Shown in pieces: positions 54,600 to 64,000 of a stretch of DNA of 64,000 nucleotides (position 1 is the stretch's first letter; the number at the start of each line of letters is the position of its first letter). Source of the DNA: Eledone cirrhosa (taxonomy: Eukaryota); NCBI GenBank assembly GCA_964016885.1, contig OZ024743.1, forward strand, positions 345,464,001 to 345,528,000, in the 5' to 3' direction. The notes beneath the pieces were generated by a model that saw only the letters and a program-made list of their open reading frames with translations, searched no databases and was not told the origin of the DNA. The position numbers and the translations under genes are program-made.

Positions 54600-56210
54600 C
54601 ATCATGTCAGAAAATTGTTCAGCCCTCAACAATTGTAGACCCCCAGGTGCAACTCACCATAGAGTACAACTGACACATCTGACACAGACACAATCTTTCT
54701 AGGCCACATAGCGATTCCCTCGCTTGGCTGCACTGCAAATGCAAGCCCTGATTTAAGCAGAAGTTAACTGCCAGTTATAATATCTCTACTTATCTAGATT
54801 CACAAACAATTTCAGCCAGTGCATCCTCAGTTTCTTCTCTTGCCATCGCTATTGTATTTACCCCCTTACATTTCTACTAAACTATTTTAACAATCAAGCT
54901 GCATCACAAATGCAGGTAACTGCAATTCCTATAGTCCACCCTAGTTTTTTCCTCAACAGCTACAAACACCCTTCAGAATTTTTACCTCTACAACATTAAT
55001 TCCAACTAGTTCACAAACTTTGAAAGAATTGTAAATAGGGCCGAGGATTATTTTTCTCGGTTACATTATTAAATCCAGAATCAGAAATGAGAAATGAGAT
55101 AACGGTCGCATAACACTGGGTACTGTGTATGAAGATATGTAAAATATGTAAAACAATTCCATTCTGATATGATGACATATTGTAGCTTACATTGTGCTGA
55201 CTATATGGTTTCGGTGGTGTCCATGACCCATGCAATGACCCAGTTGTTGTTGATCTGTTAAATAGAAATATTAAGGATTTAGAGAGTGAGATTTGAACAG
55301 GCGTGATTAGATTGTCTCATTAATTTTAATGCGGTTACTGGTGTGAGGTGTCAGTCAGTGTAAATAGTTTGGTCATTGTTAGAATGTTCTCTTAGTATAC
55401 TTGGAATTGTTAAGGTGTGGCTATATAAGTATCACAGTGTCTGGTGTGACAAATATGTGATTATCTCTTACTTGCTAGTATTGAAGGCAGTAACAGGGTA
55501 GATTCATTAGTCTAAAAAAAAAAGTCTAAAGTCTGTCTTAAGCCAGAAGGCTCATTATCCCGGTTTCACAGCGTGAAATGAGTGCGAGTACAAGACTCCT
55601 TGCTGGACAGGACGCCAGTCCGTCGCACGGTTTAAACCCTCAGCTATTGCTGGTGCACATTCTCAGCTGAGTATACTGGAGCATTATGATCGTAAGTCCA
55701 ACAACCTTACCACTATGCTACGTGCCTCCAATATACATACATTAGAGATGGGGTTAAATGCTCCCTGGAATTTCTTTCACCTATCTGAGCTCTGAGATGA
55801 AATCAAGTTCAATAAATATCAATGCAGGGCGGTAGATTTGCGAAAGTGATAGAAGGTCGAACGTTATTACCAGCGGTATTTTTTTCAGCACTTTTCATTT
55901 TGAGATTGCCTGCAAAATCAATGGTACCAAGCAGTATAAACACTTGTGTTTCACTTGTAAAATATTGGTGGCGCAGTAAAGGGAGGCTTACATGCACGGG
56001 CGGTTGATGATCTTGCACAAAATAACATGTTCAGTCAAACATGTCTCCAAGGTGAAGATATACATGGTCTCACGTGACATGCAGAGGCCCCGGATGTTAG
56101 TAAAGTAATTTGTCGTGGATTGATATCTGGGAAGGTGTGATATCAGGTTTAGTTGAATTGAGTAAATGAGACTCCAATTTTGTCAGCATTGTCTGGAGCG
56201 GGCCGAGAAA
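54600..56210 (-). pseudogene. Very degenerate Ty3/gypsy pol relic
   Basis: Scattered resemblance to T.GPP..RP, ASPL and TIFSKID (55870-56130) and to integrase-like pieces downstream; many stops and frameshifts. Confidence 0.35.
55535..55730 (-). mobile_element. CORE-type tRNA SINE relic with internal deletion
   Basis: Head ggaggcacgtagcatagtggtaagg; core ccagtatactcagctg; tail gcgacggactggcgtcctgtccag..gaaaccgggataa. Confidence 0.6.
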
Positions 56211-56259
56211 GACAGAAAGGGAGAAATATGAATACATTGACATATACATATATATATAT

Positions 56260-56819
56260 ATATTGTTATACTTTGGGAGGGTCATGTTGCCAATAAGAAA
56301 CACACGCACCAGTTGCTTTCACTTCAATTTATTATATATTTATAAATTTATAAATTTACAAATTTACAAACCTATAAATTTCTGGTTGGTTGGTTGGTTC
56401 CACAACCAGATAGTTGTTTATATATATAGTCATAGTCCTTTCGTCACACATTCTGTGACCTCTTCAGTGACTGGGGATTCCTTTCTTCGTTTCTGTGCCT
56501 TTCCTTTCTTCTATCCTACGCCATTTTGTTTCTGTGTGTGTGTTGTGTGCTCAGTCACTGAAGAGGTCACAGAATGTGTGACGAAAGGACTATGACTTTA
56601 TATATAAACAACTATCTGGTTGTGGAACCAACCAACCAACCAGAAATTTATAGGTTTGTAAATTTGTAAATTTATAAATTTATAAATATATAATAAATTG
56701 AACTGAAAGCAACTGGTGCGTGTGTTTCTTATTGGCAACATGACCCTCCCAAAGTATAACAATATCGGTTTCAACACACGATTTCAGATAAAGAATCTTG
56801 CTAAACAAATTCAGAAACG

Positions 56820-56822
<3 letters not shown>
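56260..56822 (+). mobile_element. PLE-type short element, family D, inverted pLTR pair
   Basis: Arms 56260-56473/56552-56765; only the plus arm carries the 57-bp tail; (TA)n flanks. Confidence 0.85.
56553..56597 (+). ncRNA. Type-I hammerhead motif, family D (mirror at 56428-56472 minus; another at 59182-59226 minus)
   Basis: agtca CTGAAGA g gtcac..gtgac GAAA ggac TA tgact. Confidence 0.78.
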
Positions 56823-56886
<64 letters not shown>

Positions 56887-56890
<4 letters not shown>

Positions 56891-58600
56891 ACACCTCCGG
56901 GATATTCGTCTCGGCGGGAGTTCCCCCATCGCCCGCCACTTTGGCTCCCCTGGACATTCCGCGCACCACCTCACAGTCTGTGGCCTACTCCAATGCCACG
57001 GAACAACCGCCACCCGCCTCAGAGTCGAACAACGCATCATCTTCACCCTACAGACCCACACTCCCCCTCCGGCCTGAACTCCCCACCCATATTCATTTTC
57101 CCTATCCCCCACTAACACCACTAACACACTCCTCCTTTTCACCGCCCACTCCACAACTAACAATACTAGCACCCCACCCCACCCCGACCACCCTCCCCCC
57201 AGGTAACAATACTAACACCCGCCCTCCCCCTATAACGCACACATCCACCGGTACATATATACACGCACTCACACTATCCACTCATCCTACTACCACCACT
57301 AACCCTCACCCACCAATACACTCCCACCACCCCACAACTAATACCACTAACATCCCCCCGACCTCACGCACCCGAACACACACACCCACCCACACCCTCT
57401 TACACCACCCACTCAACACACCCTACACCACTGACCCCCACTAACACACCCGCATTCAACCCTTTCCCCACCACCAGTATACTAACACCCATTAACACCC
57501 CCTTCACCACACACACACTCATCCAAACACGCACACACACATCAGTACACTACACTTCCTCCACTGTCACCCACACCTTTCTCTCCCTCTCCCCGCTCTA
57601 ACCACACCCCTTCACATAAACACATCCAACTAACACCTCAACTAATACACACCCCATCCCCCCGCACGACCCCCCTCACTTCACCTTTCACACCTACCCA
57701 TCCTCTCCCCTGTCCACCGCACCTCCGCACATACTGACACGCTGACTTTCTCCACCTGCCATTCTCCTCTACCCTCCTCCTGCCTTGACCCTCTGACCAC
57801 TTCCTGTTGCTCGCGCACCCCAGATCTCCCCTCTTCCGACCAACACAACCACGGATTACACACCATTGGCCATCGTTCCCACTATCAACTCCATCACATG
57901 GAAAATATCCGGCCACTCACCACACGCTCTACGGAACTACCTTAGGAACTTACCTACGGACATTCACTCACAAAAATTTATTTTTCGAACCACGCCACCT
58001 ACATCCACAATACGTATAAACACCACACACACGTGCGTACCCCCACATATATACACACTCAGCCTCCGGAATCCTCTCCCCCCGTCCCCCACCCCTCTGA
58101 CCTCTCCCCATCCACACGCGCGCACACACAGCGACCTACACCCCACCCCACACCCCACCACACACACACCTTTTTTTGAACATGGAAGCTCGTTCTTCCC
58201 CCAACTCTCCCATTCACATACACACACACGTACACCTAAACACATACACCACCTTCAGTCCTCCCCGCTCTGAGACCCCGCTCCCTCTCCCCACTCCACC
58301 CGCCACCACCCCTACGCGCCTCACACCCGTCCACCACTTGTTTTTCTTCATGATTTATTTTATTTTTATTTTTTTTATTTTTATTTGTATCCCTTCCACC
58401 GTTTTTCCTCCACCTCCCTTTTTCTAAATGTCTCTCCGCAACTCCCCCACACACCCTCGGAACTCTCTTCCTATACACTTTTCGCCATAAGAAGGGCTTA
58501 TGCCCGAAACGCCCCCCCCCCTCCACTCTCAAGAGCGTGAAACTAATAAACTTTTGTTCGTACTGCCTCTCTGTTTTGTTCCCGATCATTTTTTCACTAT
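56887..58600 (+). mobile_element. 5'-truncated Neptune-type PLE copy
   Basis: Begins at EHLRDIRLGGS in the GIY-YIG C-terminus; colinear with 61123-63045; hammerhead core mutated (CATAAGA). Confidence 0.88.
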
Positions 58601-58874
58601 ATATATTTATTTATTTTTTTATTTATTTATTCATTTATCTATTTATTCATTTATTTATTTATTTATTTATTTACTTATTTATTTATTTCAAAAAAGCACT
58701 CTGGCTAATTGACCACTCCCCAAAGAAAAAACGGCCTGTGCCATGTTGTGGTCCTTTGTATCTAAATATCATCCTACCCCAAAAATTACCCCCCCCCCCC
58801 CCCCCCCCCAGCCACCACCCCTCCCTTACCACTACCTAAATGTATAAATACCAGAACTTAATATGACACCCAGC

Positions 58875-58919
58875 TTCCTGAAGAGTTCATCTGAATGAAA
58901 CAGTACTAGTCCTGTAGAA
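58875..58919 (+). ncRNA. Type-I hammerhead motif in a family A copy (58840-59010)
   Basis: ttc CTGAAGA gttc atct gaat GAAA cag tACTAGTc ct GTA gaa. Confidence 0.75.
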
Positions 58920-59030
58920 ACTCCTTCTATAAAATAAAAAAAATTTTACTCTGCCATGTATTGAGTACCTTACTTACTGTGGTTATCCCCGACTCAACCC
59001 GGGACCTACGTATTTATATATATGTATATA

Positions 59031-59430
59031 TATATTGTTATACTTTGGGAGGGTCATGTTGCCAATAAGAAACACACGCACCAGTCGATTTCACTTCAAT
59101 TTATTATATATTTATAAATTTATAAATTTATAAATTTCTGGTTGGTTGGTTGGTTCCACAACCAGATAGTTGTTTATATATAGTCATAGTTCTTTCGTCA
59201 CACACTATGTGACCTCTTCAGTGACTGGGGATTTCTTTCTTTGTTTCTGTGCCTCTCCTTTGTTCTGTCCTACGCCATTTTGTTTCATCTCCCATCTTTC
59301 GACCAACCCGAAAGCAACTGGTGCGTGTGTTTCTTATTGGCAACATGACCCTCCCAAAGTATAACAATATCGGTTTCAACACACGATTTCAGATAAAGAA
59401 TCTTGCTAAACAAATTCCGAAACGAAATAT
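59031..59430. mobile_element. Family D copy: minus-strand body plus plus-strand tail
   Basis: 59031-59311 matches family D in reverse; 59310-59430 matches 56705-56822. Confidence 0.85.
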
Positions 59431-59627
59431 ATATATATATAACGGAAGAAATGTGGTAAGGAACCAGGTGGACCATAACGCACGAAAGTACTCAATACTT
59501 AGGGTAATAGAGTGGGTAATAGGAACGGATTTTTTTTAATATTGTTTTAAATTATTTTTTTATCCAGAATTAGCCGTCGAAACGGCTTGAGCTCAGCCGT
59601 CGGGGTCCTACTCGTTCCTATATATAT

Positions 59628-59674
<47 letters not shown>

Positions 59675-59705
59675 AAAATGGAATGGGAACAAAACTGAGA
59701 TTCTT

Positions 59706-63152
<3,447 letters not shown>

Positions 63153-63183
63153 AGAACGATAGTGAGAGAGAAATAAAGAATCA

Positions 63184-63235
<52 letters not shown>

Positions 63236-63578
63236 GGGAAAGAAAGAAAGAGGGAAAGAGAAAGATGAAGGTCAATAGAGAGGAAATAGAATTGGTTCGA
63301 AGTTCATAGAAGACGCTAAGCTGGTTTCTTACCCCCATGCCACTGGTTATTATGGTGCACCAATTCAAGGGCCAATCCATATACAGTCTTTGGTTAATAC
63401 ATAGGAGTGATATTTTGTACGGTAGAGAGATTGTTGTATTGCATTAGATAAACTGAGAAATCAAATATTTCAGTGCGAGTTCGTAAACGCAAGTTACAGA
63501 TTTAGATTTCTCTTCTCATATATTTGTGCGCACTGATGTACACATACACACACACACACACACGCACACACTCACACA

Positions 63579-63669
<91 letters not shown>

Positions 63670-64000
63670 ACATACACACACACATACACCCATATATACA
63701 CACAGACACACACACACACACACGCATAGACCCATACACACACACACATACACACACGCATACACCCATACACACACCCACATGCTTAGAAGAAAACTGA
63801 CCGAATGGCGAGGATTTTGAAACTAATTCATCTAGTTGTAGTAGTAGTCGTAGCCGTCGTCGTTGTCGTCGTCGTCGTCGTCGTAGTAGTAGTAGTAGTA
63901 GTAGCAGTAGTAGTAGTAGTAGGAGGAGAAGGAGGAGGAGGGGGGGAGGAGGGGTTGATACGAAGAAGGAGAGAGAAAATAGAATAAAAATGTAGCACTT

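Overview
This is AT-rich, repeat-saturated eukaryotic DNA, intergenic or deep intronic. It is most likely from an octopod cephalopod, inferred from the tRNA-derived SINE types and the extreme (TA)n/(CA)n load. I find no supportable host protein-coding exon; most listed ORFs are microsatellite artefacts. Recognisable content: about 12 copies of one tRNA-derived SINE; relics of Ty3/gypsy, R4/Dong, CRE, RTE, Tx1 and maT (DD37D) elements; a Helentron-like element; a 22 x 121-bp satellite with a 9-mer higher-order duplication; and many Penelope-like element (PLE) pieces, including a near-complete Neptune-type RT + GIY-YIG copy at 59783-63045. The strongest unexpected signal is about 15 minimal type-I hammerhead ribozyme motifs from several unrelated short non-coding families. 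They sit mostly in (TA)n tracts and often form fold-back palindromes with a ribozyme on each strand. In several families the inversion junction falls at the ribozyme's CUGANGA box. All family assignments come from motif recognition by eye; no searches or folding computations were run.
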